A stretch of DNA of 44,935 bases. Source: Bacteroidota bacterium (GTDB lineage: Bacteria; Bacteroidota; Rhodothermia; Rhodothermales; JBCCMF01). The notes below the pieces were generated by a model. The model did not search any database, had not been told where the DNA came from, and was given only the letters and a program-made list of their open reading frames with translations. The stretch is taken from contig JBCCMF010000002.1 of the NCBI GenBank assembly GCA_039026435.1, positions 1 through 44,935 of the forward strand, given 5' to 3'. The first letter of the stretch is position 1. Each line of letters opens with the position of its first letter. Both the position numbers and the translations under genes were made by a program. Below are positions 18,546 to 31,056 of this stretch, in pieces.

Positions 18546-19539
18546 CCTGGACTTGTCGCTGATACTGCGCGGGGGGCACGCCGTGGTGCTTCTTGAACGC
18601 CGCGTAGAAGGCCGATTTCGAACTGAACCCCGCCTCGTAGCCGATGGCCTCGATGGTCAAATCGGGGCGGGCGCGGAGCAGCCGCTCGGCCTCCGCCACG
18701 CGGTAGTTATTCACGAACGTCGAGAAGCGCGCGCCCAGGTTGTCGTTGAGGAGTTGCGAAAGGTGGTGTGGCGTCGTACCAACGGCCTTCGCCAAGCCAG
18801 CCAGCTTGAGGTCGGGCTGTCTGAAGAGGGCGTCAGCGTGCATGCGGTGCCGCAGTTGCTCAATGATAGGCAGTGCCTCAGCATCGGTAATCTTCTTCTC
18901 GGCGTAGGCTGGCCGCTCAGGGCGGGGTGTCTGGCGCCTGTGCCACAGCAGCATTCCTAACACAGCGTACACAATAACGGAGAAGAGAAGCGGGCCAAGG
19001 ACGTAGTTCGTGTACAGCGAGAGGACGAAGCCAAACGCCACTGTCACCGTCACTACGAAGACCTGTGCCGCGCGCGTAGGCTTGGCCGTTCTCACCTTCC
19101 AGAGCATCCATCCCGTAGCTGCGATATACCCAGTGACGACAGCATGGATAACATACCGGATGTGGTAATCCCAGATGCGCGGATGCTGTTCGAACGAGAA
19201 CAGCACCCCGATAAAGAGGACGCCGATCATAACACCGCCCAAGTGCCATCGCCGTACTGTCGTAGCATCGCTGTTCCCAGTCTCCGCACGCACATACTCC
19301 AGCAGGAGCGCTCCCATGAGCAAATGAGCCGACAGGCCAGCTTGAACGGCCGTCCACGGCATCGTTTCGGCGAAAAAGTAGGCGCAGGACACACCGACCC
19401 GGATGCACACCGCCAGTACAAGCCCTCCGAGCAGGCGATCGGCCAACGGGCTACCTCTCATCAATAGCAGGTAGAGCCCAGCAAGGAGCGCATTGAACAC
19501 CCCGAGAGCACTGAAAAAGAAGAGGAGATGGTGCGCCAC
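18532..19539 (-). CDS. Membrane-anchored AraC-family transcriptional regulator
   Basis: About seven N-terminal hydrophobic segments. C-terminal HTH: LSQLLN...F..FVN.YRV..A...TIEAIGYEAGFSSKSAFYAAFKK. Start GTG 19539 (alternative ATG 19617). Confidence 0.9.
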   Translation of the reverse strand: MAHHLLFFFSALGVFNALLAGLYLLLMRGSPLADRLLGGLVLAVCIRVGVSCAYFFAETMPWTAVQAGLSAHLLMGALLLEYVRAETGNSDATTVRRWHLGGVMIGVLFIGVLFSFEQHPRIWDYHIRYVIHAVVTGYIAATGWMLWKVRTAKPTRAAQVFVVTVTVAFGFVLSLYTNYVLGPLLFSVIVYAVLGMLLWHRRQTPRPERPAYAEKKITDAEALPIIEQLRHRMHADALFRQPDLKLAGLAKAVGTTPHHLSQLLNDNLGARFSTFVNNYRVAEAERLLRARPDLTIEAIGYEAGFSSKSAFYAAFKKHHGVPPAQYQRQVQAPEL

Positions 19540-19632
19540 AGCGCCGAAATATCTGGTGAGCAATGCGGTTGAAGCGGATCTGGCGCCTACGCCTGGGTGC
19601 AGTTTGGGATGCATCATGGCCTCAGAACGCGA

Positions 19633-19674
19633 GTGACATCCGATGACAACTCAGCACAGGCCGTACCGTAGTTT
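19633..19674 (+). promoter_or_regulatory. Putative OmpR-type response-regulator box and -10 upstream of the sensor kinase
   Basis: GTGACATCCGATGACAAC (TGACA at 10-bp period), then 18 nt, then TAGTTT. Confidence 0.55.
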
Positions 19675-19704
19675 CCAGCCTGCCATTTCCTGCCCATCCT
19701 GTTC

Positions 19705-21228
19705 ATGTCGCTCACTCGCATTTCTGTCATCCTGCTTGGCGTGGTGCTGTTGCCTGCGCTGTTTTACATCACGTACGAGGTGAAGCAGGTGGGCGAGCAA
19801 GAGGCGATGATGATGAGCATCTACGAGCAACAACTGGAGACGCTGCTCTACTCGGTCAACCAGCACGCCTGGGACACCATGAGCGACTGGGCCGACGACC
19901 TAGAGGTGGAACTGACGGCCTCCCCTGACGAGGCTGGCGCCAAGCGTTTCCTCACCCAACAGGCCCGCTCCATCAGCGGCGTGGTGCTCCTCGACAGCCT
20001 CCGCCAGTCAACACGCTGGCTTGTGCAAGACACCACGGTCTCCACGCCCTCCATCGTACCCGACTCTACGGCGCGGCGCCTGCGCCGCCGCTTGGGCGTG
20101 GGCTACCGACAGCTGGAGCCCATTGTGCTGCAAGACACGACCGAGACGAAGGTGGTCATGCTGTATGCCTTGGAGGACGTAGGAGCGCTTCATTTTGCGG
20201 GGCTCGTGCTCGACCAGATCCAGTTCATCGAAACCGAAGTCGATCCCAAGCTGCGCGATGTGGGCCGCACCCAGTTCGACCTCGCTATCTGCCAAGGGGC
20301 CAGCGCCGTCCCCGTCATCGCCACGGGCGACGTGTCGTGCACGGACGTTGCGTATCGGCGGGCGCTGTGGGTCTTTCCCAACTACTCCATCTGTATCAAG
20401 CCGACGGATCAGGCCGCCACGGCGATGCTCGACCGGCGGCTGTGGCGCAACCTGTCCACGGCGGGCGGGCTGACGGTGGTGCTGCTGATGGGCGTCGGGT
20501 TTGTGCTCTACACCGTACGGCGCGAGATGCGGCTGGCGCAGATGAAGTCGGACTTCGTCTCGAACGTCTCGCACGAGCTGCGCACGCCGCTGTCCCTCAT
20601 CCGCATGTTCGCCGAGACGCTAGAGATGGGCCGCGTCCTCGACGACGCCAAGCGCCAGGAATACTACCGCATCATCGGCACTGAGACCGAGCGCCTGACC
20701 CACCTCATCAACAACATCCTCGACTTCTCGCGGATGGAGGCGGGCCAGAAGACCTACCGCTTTGCCCCGCTCGACCTCAACGCGCTCGTGCGCGACACGC
20801 TCAAGCTCTACAGCTACAAGCTCAGCAGCAGCGGCTTCCAGGTAGAGACGAAGCTCGCCAGCGCCCTCCCCCGCCTCCGCGCCGACCACGACGCCCTCAC
20901 CGAGGCCCTCATCAACCTCATCGAGAACGCCATCAAGTACAGCCCCGATGCCAAGCACCTGACGGTGACGACCGAGCGCGTGGGCCGCGACGTGGCGCTG
21001 CGCGTGACCGACCACGGCGCCGGCATCGGCGATGCCGACCAGCAGCGCATCTTCGACAAGTTCTTCCGCGTCTCCACGGGCCTCGTACACGACACCAAGG
21101 GCACGGGCCTCGGCCTCAGCCTGGTGCAGCACATCGTGAACGCACACGAAGGCCACGTCGCGGTGCAAAGCGCCCTCGGCCAGGGCAGCACCTTCAGTAT
21201 CCTCCTCCCCATTCCTCCTTCCGACTGA
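19705..21228 (+). CDS. Sensor histidine kinase (two TM helices, periplasmic sensor, HisKA, HATPase)
   Basis: FVSNVSHELRTPL H-box, NLIENAIKYS N-box, DHGAGI, IFDKF and GTGLGL. Confidence 0.95.
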   Translation: MSLTRISVILLGVVLLPALFYITYEVKQVGEQEAMMMSIYEQQLETLLYSVNQHAWDTMSDWADDLEVELTASPDEAGAKRFLTQQARSISGVVLLDSLRQSTRWLVQDTTVSTPSIVPDSTARRLRRRLGVGYRQLEPIVLQDTTETKVVMLYALEDVGALHFAGLVLDQIQFIETEVDPKLRDVGRTQFDLAICQGASAVPVIATGDVSCTDVAYRRALWVFPNYSICIKPTDQAATAMLDRRLWRNLSTAGGLTVVLLMGVGFVLYTVRREMRLAQMKSDFVSNVSHELRTPLSLIRMFAETLEMGRVLDDAKRQEYYRIIGTETERLTHLINNILDFSRMEAGQKTYRFAPLDLNALVRDTLKLYSYKLSSSGFQVETKLASALPRLRADHDALTEALINLIENAIKYSPDAKHLTVTTERVGRDVALRVTDHGAGIGDADQQRIFDKFFRVSTGLVHDTKGTGLGLSLVQHIVNAHEGHVAVQSALGQGSTFSILLPIPPSD

Positions 21229-21243
21229 CCTCCCGACCGCGTT

Positions 21244-21930
21244 ATGAAGCGCATCCTCCTCGTTGAAGACGAACCCCACATGCAGCAAGGGCTGTGCGAC
21301 AACCTCACGTTTGAAGGCTACGAGGTCACCGTGGCGGGCGATGGCCAGGCAGGCCTGGATCACCTCCGGGCGTCCACCTTCGACCTGGTCCTGCTCGACG
21401 TGATGCTGCCGCGCATGTCGGGCTTCGACGTGTGCAAGAACGCACGCGCCGAAGGCGTCCAGACGCCCATCATCATGCTCACGGCCAAGGGCGAGGAGAT
21501 CGACAAGGTGCTTGGCCTCGAACTGGGCGCCGATGACTACGTGACCAAGCCGTTTAGCCTGCGCGAACTGTTGGCGCGCGTCAAGGCGGTGCTGCGCCGC
21601 CCGGCAGTGGCAGCGGCCGATGACACGCCGGATGCGGTCACCATCGGCCAGCTCACTGTAGACTTCGCGACGTTCGCCGTGACCAGCGGCGGCGAGGCGG
21701 TGGAGATGACGCACCGCGAGTTCGAGGTGTTGCAGTACCTCTACGAGCGTCCCGGCCAGGCGGTGAGCCGCAACCAGCTCTTGTCTGATGTGTGGGGCTA
21801 CGATCACCTGCCCACCACGCGGACCATCGACAACTTCATCCTGAAGCTGCGCCAGAAGCTGGAGCACAACCCCGCCCACCCGAGGCACATCCTCACGGTA
21901 CACGGCGTCGGCTACAAGTTCGTGCGGTGA
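21244..21930 (+). CDS. OmpR/PhoB-family response regulator
   Basis: LVEDE, LLDVMLP, LTAK, GADDYVTKPF; winged-helix RTIDNFILKLRQKLE...TVHGVGYKF. Confidence 0.96.
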   Translation: MKRILLVEDEPHMQQGLCDNLTFEGYEVTVAGDGQAGLDHLRASTFDLVLLDVMLPRMSGFDVCKNARAEGVQTPIIMLTAKGEEIDKVLGLELGADDYVTKPFSLRELLARVKAVLRRPAVAAADDTPDAVTIGQLTVDFATFAVTSGGEAVEMTHREFEVLQYLYERPGQAVSRNQLLSDVWGYDHLPTTRTIDNFILKLRQKLEHNPAHPRHILTVHGVGYKFVR

Positions 21931-21989
21931 CATCTTGTGACAAGCCGGAACCGCGCCATGACAACGCTGTCTGCTGCCCGCTCGATATT
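21927..21989 (+). promoter_or_regulatory. Second copy of the TGACA direct-repeat box, upstream of the jelly-roll gene
   Basis: GTGACATCTTGTGACAAG at 21927-21944, a third TGACAAC at 21959, then 18 nt and GATATT. Confidence 0.55.
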
Positions 21990-22103
21990 CGTTACTGTGA
22001 ACGCGTGGATGTGTGAGCACGTCTGCGCGTTGCTTACTGCCTGTAGGCAGCCAGCCATACGCTCACGTTTCATCGCGCCCGCGCGTTCACGCGTTCACGC
22101 TTT

Positions 22104-23162
22104 ATGACCAGATTCGCCTCCTACCTTCTCCTCGGCTTGCTGTGCGCCCCCGCGCACGCCGTCGCGGTGGGCACGCCCGAGGGCGACCTCGACCGCTGGG
22201 AGCGCGTGGTGGACCTGCGCGGCAGCTGGCAGTTCGCCCTAGGCGATGACGACGCCTGGGCCAACACCGACTACGACGACCGCGATTGGGACCGCATGTA
22301 CGTACCCGCGCGCTGGGAAGACGAAGGCTACCCCGGCTACGACGGCTACGCATGGTACCGCACCACCTTCGCCCTACCGCGCGGCAGCTACCGCAAGCTG
22401 GTCTTCCGTGCTGGGCGCATCGACGACGCCGACGAGGTCTACATCAACGGGCAGTTCGTGGGCCGCACCGGAGGCATGCCGCCACACTACAAGACGGCTT
22501 ATCACGAGTGGCGCGAGTACACCATCCCGATGGACTACCTCAAGCCCGGCGGTGAGAACGTCATCGCCATCCGCGTCTTCGACGAACGCATCGAGGGCGG
22601 CATCTTGGAGGGACAGGTGGGCATCTACGACGACCGCGACGCCCCCCTCATGGAAGCGGATCTCTCGGGCGCGTGGATGTTCAGGACCGGCGCCCATCCC
22701 GACTGGACAGGCGAAAAAACCCGCGACATGGAATACGTGATGGTGCCCGGCTATTGGGAGGGCCAAGGCTTCCGCAACCTCGACGGCTTCGCCACCTACC
22801 ACCGCAGCGTCACGATCCCACGCAGCCTACGGGGCCAGGACCTCGTGCTCAGCCTCGGCAAGATAGACGACCTCGACGAAGTCTACCTCAACGGCACCCT
22901 CATCGGCCGCACCGGGCAGATGCAGCCCTACCCCAACATACGCGGCGACGAGTGGCAGGTGCAACGCTTCTACCGCATTCCCGAAGACGCCATCACGTAC
23001 GGCGGCCGCAACGCGCTCACGGTTGTCGTCTTCGACGGCATGGTCGATGGCGGCATGCACGAAGGCCTCGTCGGCATCGTCACGCAGCAGGAATACGAGC
23101 GCCTACGGTCAGAGGACGACTCGGTGTGGGACCGGATCCGCCGGATGTTCAGCAAACACTAA
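22104..23162 (+). CDS. Secreted protein of two tandem beta-galactosidase/GH2-type jelly-roll (sugar-binding) domains, no catalytic domain
   Basis: Signal peptide. Duplicated DLxGxWxF...VPxxWExxG...DGxAxY...GxIDDxDEVYxNGxxxGRTG...Y.IP...GGxN...V.D..xxGG. Confidence 0.85.
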   Translation: MTRFASYLLLGLLCAPAHAVAVGTPEGDLDRWERVVDLRGSWQFALGDDDAWANTDYDDRDWDRMYVPARWEDEGYPGYDGYAWYRTTFALPRGSYRKLVFRAGRIDDADEVYINGQFVGRTGGMPPHYKTAYHEWREYTIPMDYLKPGGENVIAIRVFDERIEGGILEGQVGIYDDRDAPLMEADLSGAWMFRTGAHPDWTGEKTRDMEYVMVPGYWEGQGFRNLDGFATYHRSVTIPRSLRGQDLVLSLGKIDDLDEVYLNGTLIGRTGQMQPYPNIRGDEWQVQRFYRIPEDAITYGGRNALTVVVFDGMVDGGMHEGLVGIVTQQEYERLRSEDDSVWDRIRRMFSKH

Positions 23163-23166
23163 GCCT

Positions 23167-23718
23167 GTGCCTGCTCGCCTCCTTCCCTTCGCGGCGGCTG
23201 TGCTGCTTGGCCTGACTTCGCTGACGCCTCACACCGCGCCGAGGACTGCCTCAGACAACCCGTTTGCGCCCTTCTTCGGCACGCGGGCCTTGCAAAACGA
23301 CCAGTTCCAGCAGGTGTGGGACGGCCAGACTGTGGAAACGCTGACTATCCCCAATCACATCACCGTCTGTGAGCCGATCAATACAGCCCAGCGTGTGCTC
23401 TGCGTAGTGGATGCAGGTGATCTCAAGGGCCATATCCTGTGGTCGCTCAACACCGATACGCAGCAGGTGCACCACCTCTCGCACTTCGGCGCCGCGCGCA
23501 GCGGCGTAGGCACGGGCAGGCTGAGCACAGCAGGCGACCTCACCACACAGGTGCGCTTCCAGGGCGAGCCGGAAGGCAGCTATCGGATCTACGCGTACGA
23601 GTGGCTATCGGCAGATGTCTACACGATGCACTCGGCACAATACGATAGCACCGGGCAGGCTACCGGCAACGGGTACGGCGGCACGTTTGTGCGTGTGAGT
23701 GCCCAGCCGTATCGCTAG
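23167..23718 (+). CDS. Hypothetical secreted beta-rich protein
   Basis: GTG 4 nt after the upstream stop, signal-like N-terminus, beta-strand pattern. Stop overlaps the convergent gene. Confidence 0.6.
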   Translation: MPARLLPFAAAVLLGLTSLTPHTAPRTASDNPFAPFFGTRALQNDQFQQVWDGQTVETLTIPNHITVCEPINTAQRVLCVVDAGDLKGHILWSLNTDTQQVHHLSHFGAARSGVGTGRLSTAGDLTTQVRFQGEPEGSYRIYAYEWLSADVYTMHSAQYDSTGQATGNGYGGTFVRVSAQPYR

Positions 23719-24260
23719 CCGCCGTACATCTCGGGGATGGGCTCGCCGACGGTGGCCTCGCTGTTCCAGAAGATGCTCATGATCCACCAACGGGTGCCAT
23801 CGTGCAGCAGCTGGATACTGTTGATGCCTCGGTCGAACGGCTCAGCGTCTTCCTCCAGGCGCGCTTCGTAGGTGCTGAAGAGATGTGTCATGTAGCCGTA
23901 GGTCTCCACCTTGCGCGACGTCTCCACCTCGTAAAATCCACTGTTCAGAAAGGCTGGCTTGGCCCGCTCGATGTAAGCATCCACCCCCAGCGGCACGACG
24001 CCGACCTGGCCTTGCACCTTACCCGTTGGGATGAGGCGGGCTTCGGGGTGGAAAAACGAGCGAAAGCGGTCCCAGTCGCGCTCCTCACCAGCAGGCCCTG
24101 AGATGGAGTCGTAGAGGGACGTGATGATGGCCTCGATAGAGGCAACATCCGCTGAGTCGGGCGCAGGCCAGTCTGATGTATCCGACGCGGGCTGCCCGGC
24201 AGCGGGAACGGCGAAGAGCAGGCAAAAGATGAGTAGTGTTCCGTAACGCATGGAGGGCAT
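23715..24260 (-). CDS. Secreted NTF2-like fold protein
   Basis: Signal peptide; LYDSISGPAGEERDWDRFRSFFHPEARL...RGINSIQLLHDGTRWWIMSIFW. Confidence 0.8.
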   Translation of the reverse strand: MPSMRYGTLLIFCLLFAVPAAGQPASDTSDWPAPDSADVASIEAIITSLYDSISGPAGEERDWDRFRSFFHPEARLIPTGKVQGQVGVVPLGVDAYIERAKPAFLNSGFYEVETSRKVETYGYMTHLFSTYEARLEEDAEPFDRGINSIQLLHDGTRWWIMSIFWNSEATVGEPIPEMYGG

Positions 24261-24709
24261 AGGGGCGTTGGATCATGTGGGAAGGGATGTAGATGCAGGT
24301 CACCGCAGTGACTGCATCGGCGGCCGAGAGTAGCGTAACTCCCCAACCCGTCGCAGTCGTATCCAACCTGCAAAATTTTCTGCCTACGCGCATCAGCGCA
24401 ACATCTACCCCCCTGATCTCCCCATCTCACACTTGACGCAGCGCTAGACTCGCTGCCCCATGATCTGGCACACAAGGCTCAATTTGCCGATCCAATGCAT
24501 GCGCCTCGCGCTGTCTGTTAGCACCCGACGGGCCCTTTGAAGGCCAAGCAGGTTCTAATATTGGGGGGTTTTCCCAATGCTGAGCCAGGTTTTCTTGATA
24601 ATCGATGTCAAGTTATCCCTATCTGTCCCACACAGATTGAATTCTCAGGCGCGACACCGATAGCTGTGCACTCCTCATATCTACATATTCATCTTACTTC
24701 TCTACAACC

Positions 24710-25216
24710 ATGAAGCGCTATTCGCTGCTCCAGTCGTTGGTTGCGTTCCTCGTAGTCAGCCTCTGCTCCCTTCCCGTTCTCGCCGCAACCGGCGACACCC
24801 CGTCCCCTGATGACGATGACGCTCATCATGCTCATCATGCCTGGCATGCCGCTTTCTTCGTGGGCTCCTCCACCACGCATGGCCAAAGCTATGCCGCCTT
24901 CGGCGCCGATGTGCTCTACCAACCTAGCTTCCTCAAGCAGCGTGTTAGCGTAGGGTTGCTCGGCGATATCGTGCTTGCGGATCACCTTCACGGGCTGGCC
25001 GCTGCCAACGTGGTGTTTCATCCGTTCGGTAACTTCGGGGCCAACGTGGCGCCAGGCGTCTTCTTCGTCGATGGGCACCAGTACGCCGCTATACGTACAG
25101 GCGTGAGCTACAACTTCGCATTCGGCAACGCCTCGATTGCCCCGACGCTCAACTGGGACTTCGCACACGGCGAGGTGCACCGCAACGCAGGTTTCATGTT
25201 CGGCATTGGCTTGTAA
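24710..25216 (+). CDS. Small His-rich outer-membrane beta-barrel protein
   Basis: Signal peptide ending VLA-A, a DDDDAHHAHHAWH segment, about eight amphipathic strands ending FMFGIGL. Confidence 0.7.
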   Translation: MKRYSLLQSLVAFLVVSLCSLPVLAATGDTPSPDDDDAHHAHHAWHAAFFVGSSTTHGQSYAAFGADVLYQPSFLKQRVSVGLLGDIVLADHLHGLAAANVVFHPFGNFGANVAPGVFFVDGHQYAAIRTGVSYNFAFGNASIAPTLNWDFAHGEVHRNAGFMFGIGL

Positions 25217-25236
25217 GCTCTTCTCAGACCCACATC

Positions 25237-25482
25237 ATACCCGTTCTAGCCTTTCAGGGTGCAGGATACCGTCTCCTCTTGTCATCCCGAGCGGAGCCGA
25301 GAGCGCGAAGCACACCGCAGGTAAATCTCCCTCTTCTACGCGTTGCACAAGCTCAAAGTGGGAGATTAGCATTCCATGAACCTCCGGTTTACTCCGTCAA
25401 GGTGCGCTTTCTCGGCTTTGGCCTGTGGCCTCCGCTCGGGATGACACTCCTGGGACGCACAACCATCTAGTAGAACTGGTAT
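25237..25482. mobile_element. Nested MITE-like element, copy 3: outer IR enclosing a long TGTC palindrome
   Basis: Outer ATACCCGTTCTA (25237) / TAGAACTGGTAT (25471-25482), 1 mismatch. Inner perfect 17-bp IR TGTCATCCCGAGCGGAG (25280) / CTCCGCTCGGGATGACA (25430-25446). Confidence 0.75.
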
Positions 25483-25565
25483 CCCTACTTTCTTAACCAC
25501 AGGCAACCCATCTGGCTCACGCAGCTGGATAGCGTATGTCGCTTGTGCCTACTCTAACACTGATT

Positions 25566-27479
25566 ATGAAGTTCATCAACAACTTGAACATCCGCGCTAA
25601 GCTCATCGGTAGCTTTGCTCTCGTTGCCATACTCGCAGGCGGCATTGGCGTGGTGGCTGTCCAAGAACTCGGCCAAGTCTCTGACAACGCCGATGTCATG
25701 TACGACAAAACGGTGGTCCCACTGGCCACCCTCAACGCGATTGCCCAGAATTCGCAGCGCGTTCGCAGCAACCTGCGCGATATGATTTTGGCAAGTGACG
25801 CCAAGACCGAGCGCTATTACGGCGAGCGCGTGCTTGCACTCACCGCTGAGATCGACGAACTGGCCGCCCTCTATGAGCAGGGTATCTTCTCTCAAGAGAT
25901 GCGTGATACGTTCGAGGCATGGAGCCAGGCGCGCGCAGATTATGTGCCGCATCGCGACCGGATGATTGCCTTTGCGTACGCAGAGGGCCAGGACGAAGCA
26001 GCCGTTGCGGTGCTCAACGGCGCAGGCTTTGAAGCCGCCCAAGCTGAGATTGCCGCCTTGGACGCGCTACGAGCTATGAAGCAGCGCCACGCCGAAGAGT
26101 TGAAATCAGCGAACGCCGCCATCGCAGATGGCTTTGTGACCACGCTCCTGATTATCTTCAGCGTCCTGGTGATTCTGGCCCTGCTGATAGGTGCCCTGCT
26201 GGCGCGCACCATCGGAGGCGCCCTACGCACGCTCGCTGATAAGGCCCAGACCGTGACCGAAGGCGAATACGACATCGATGTGGGCATGGCGCGCACCGAT
26301 GAAATTGGCCAGCTCTCGCAGTCACTCGACACTATGCTCGTCCGCATCCGCGAGTCGATGGCTCACGCAGAGGAGCTCACCGCCAACGCTGAGCACACCG
26401 CGCAGGAAGCCCAGGCACAACGCGAACAAGTCGTGGTACAGCAGGCGTATTTGACCGACCGCGTGGACACCATGCTGGGCGAGATGCGCCGCTTCGCCGA
26501 CGGGGATCTCACCGTCCGCTTGCATGCTGACCGCGATGATGACATTGGGCGCCTCTACAACGGCTTCAACGAGGCCGTGCAGAACACGCGACGGTTGATT
26601 GAACATGTACAGGCAGCAGCAGCCGAGACCCAGCATACCAGCACCACCATCCGTACAGAAACCGATCAGCTGGCCCAGGCTGCCCGCCAGCAGGCGTCGC
26701 AGTCGGCGGAGATCTCGGTGTCCATCGCCCAGATGTCTGACACCATCGTAGACATGGCCACCAACGCCAGCCGCACCGCCGACGTCGCCCAGGAGAACGG
26801 CGCCGTAGCCGAGCAAGGTCGCGTCGTGGTGGAGGAGACCACAGCTAAGATGAACGAGATCGCCAACATGGTCAGCCAATCGGCGGAGACGGTGGGCCGG
26901 CTGGGCGAGTCGAGCGAGGCCATCGGCGAGATCGTGCAAACCATCCAAGACATCGCCGACCAGACCAACCTGCTGGCCCTCAACGCGGCCATCGAAGCTG
27001 CGCGGGCAGGCGACCAAGGGCGCGGCTTCGCCGTCGTGGCCGACGAGGTGCGCAAGCTCGCCGAGCGCACCAGCCATGCCACCCAGCAGATTGGCGAGAT
27101 GATTCGCCCGATCCAGCACGAGACCGAATCGGCCGTGGCCGATATGAACCGGGGGCGCAACGAAGTCACCGAAGGCATCCGCCTGGCCAACGAGGCGGGC
27201 GACGCCCTGGGCCGCATCGTGGAGGCCAGCCAGCGCACCATCGAACTGGTGTCGCAGATGGCGGTGGCCGCCGAGGAGCAGTCGGCCACGAGCGAGCAGA
27301 TCGCGCGGAGCATCGACGACATGACGGGGCTGATCCAGGCCAGCTCAGACAGCGCCGAGACCGTAGCCGTAGGCATCGATGCGCTGGCCACGCAGGCGCG
27401 TGGGCTTTCGGACCAGGTGGCGACGTTCCAGGTGGACGGCGACAGCAGCCGCGCGCAGACGCTGAGGCGAGCCGCCTGA
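25566..27479 (+). CDS. Methyl-accepting chemotaxis protein (4HB sensor, two HAMP domains)
   Basis: Two TM helices, HAMP motifs DEIGQL and DDIGRL, hairpin tip [40 protein letters not shown]. Confidence 0.96.
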   Translation: MKFINNLNIRAKLIGSFALVAILAGGIGVVAVQELGQVSDNADVMYDKTVVPLATLNAIAQNSQRVRSNLRDMILASDAKTERYYGERVLALTAEIDELAALYEQGIFSQEMRDTFEAWSQARADYVPHRDRMIAFAYAEGQDEAAVAVLNGAGFEAAQAEIAALDALRAMKQRHAEELKSANAAIADGFVTTLLIIFSVLVILALLIGALLARTIGGALRTLADKAQTVTEGEYDIDVGMARTDEIGQLSQSLDTMLVRIRESMAHAEELTANAEHTAQEAQAQREQVVVQQAYLTDRVDTMLGEMRRFADGDLTVRLHADRDDDIGRLYNGFNEAVQNTRRLIEHVQAAAAETQHTSTTIRTETDQLAQAARQQASQSAEISVSIAQMSDTIVDMATNASRTADVAQENGAVAEQGRVVVEETTAKMNEIANMVSQSAETVGRLGESSEAIGEIVQTIQDIADQTNLLALNAAIEAARAGDQGRGFAVVADEVRKLAERTSHATQQIGEMIRPIQHETESAVADMNRGRNEVTEGIRLANEAGDALGRIVEASQRTIELVSQMAVAAEEQSATSEQIARSIDDMTGLIQASSDSAETVAVGIDALATQARGLSDQVATFQVDGDSSRAQTLRRAA

Positions 27480-27521
27480 GTCAGCAGATAGCCTAGCACT
27501 TGCGACACGTACGCGCTGGCC

Positions 27522-27563
27522 AGACGGTGGCGGAGGAGGTGACTGTTCCGCCACCGTCTTTTG
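27522..27563 (+). terminator. Intrinsic terminator after the MCP gene (possibly bidirectional)
   Basis: 13-bp stem AGACGGTGGCGGA/TCCGCCACCGTCT followed by TTTG, between convergent genes. Confidence 0.75.
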
Positions 27564-27634
27564 TACAGGGGCCATTCATCGCGCTCGTGCGCGTGTGTTC
27601 TCTTCCCGCGCCAAGCGATGGAGCACGGCTTGGC

Positions 27635-30976
<3,342 letters not shown>

Positions 30977-31001
30977 GGCAACACAGGGCAGCTATGGTGC
31001 G

Positions 31002-31030
31002 ATGATAGAAACGCGCCGTTTGCCGTGCAA
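31002..31030 (-). promoter_or_regulatory. Sigma70-like promoter for the kinase gene
   Basis: Minus strand TTGCAC-N17-TATCAT, 25 nt upstream of the ATG at 30976. Confidence 0.6.
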
Positions 31031-31056
31031 TGGGGCCACCCCGTGCTAAACTCGCC

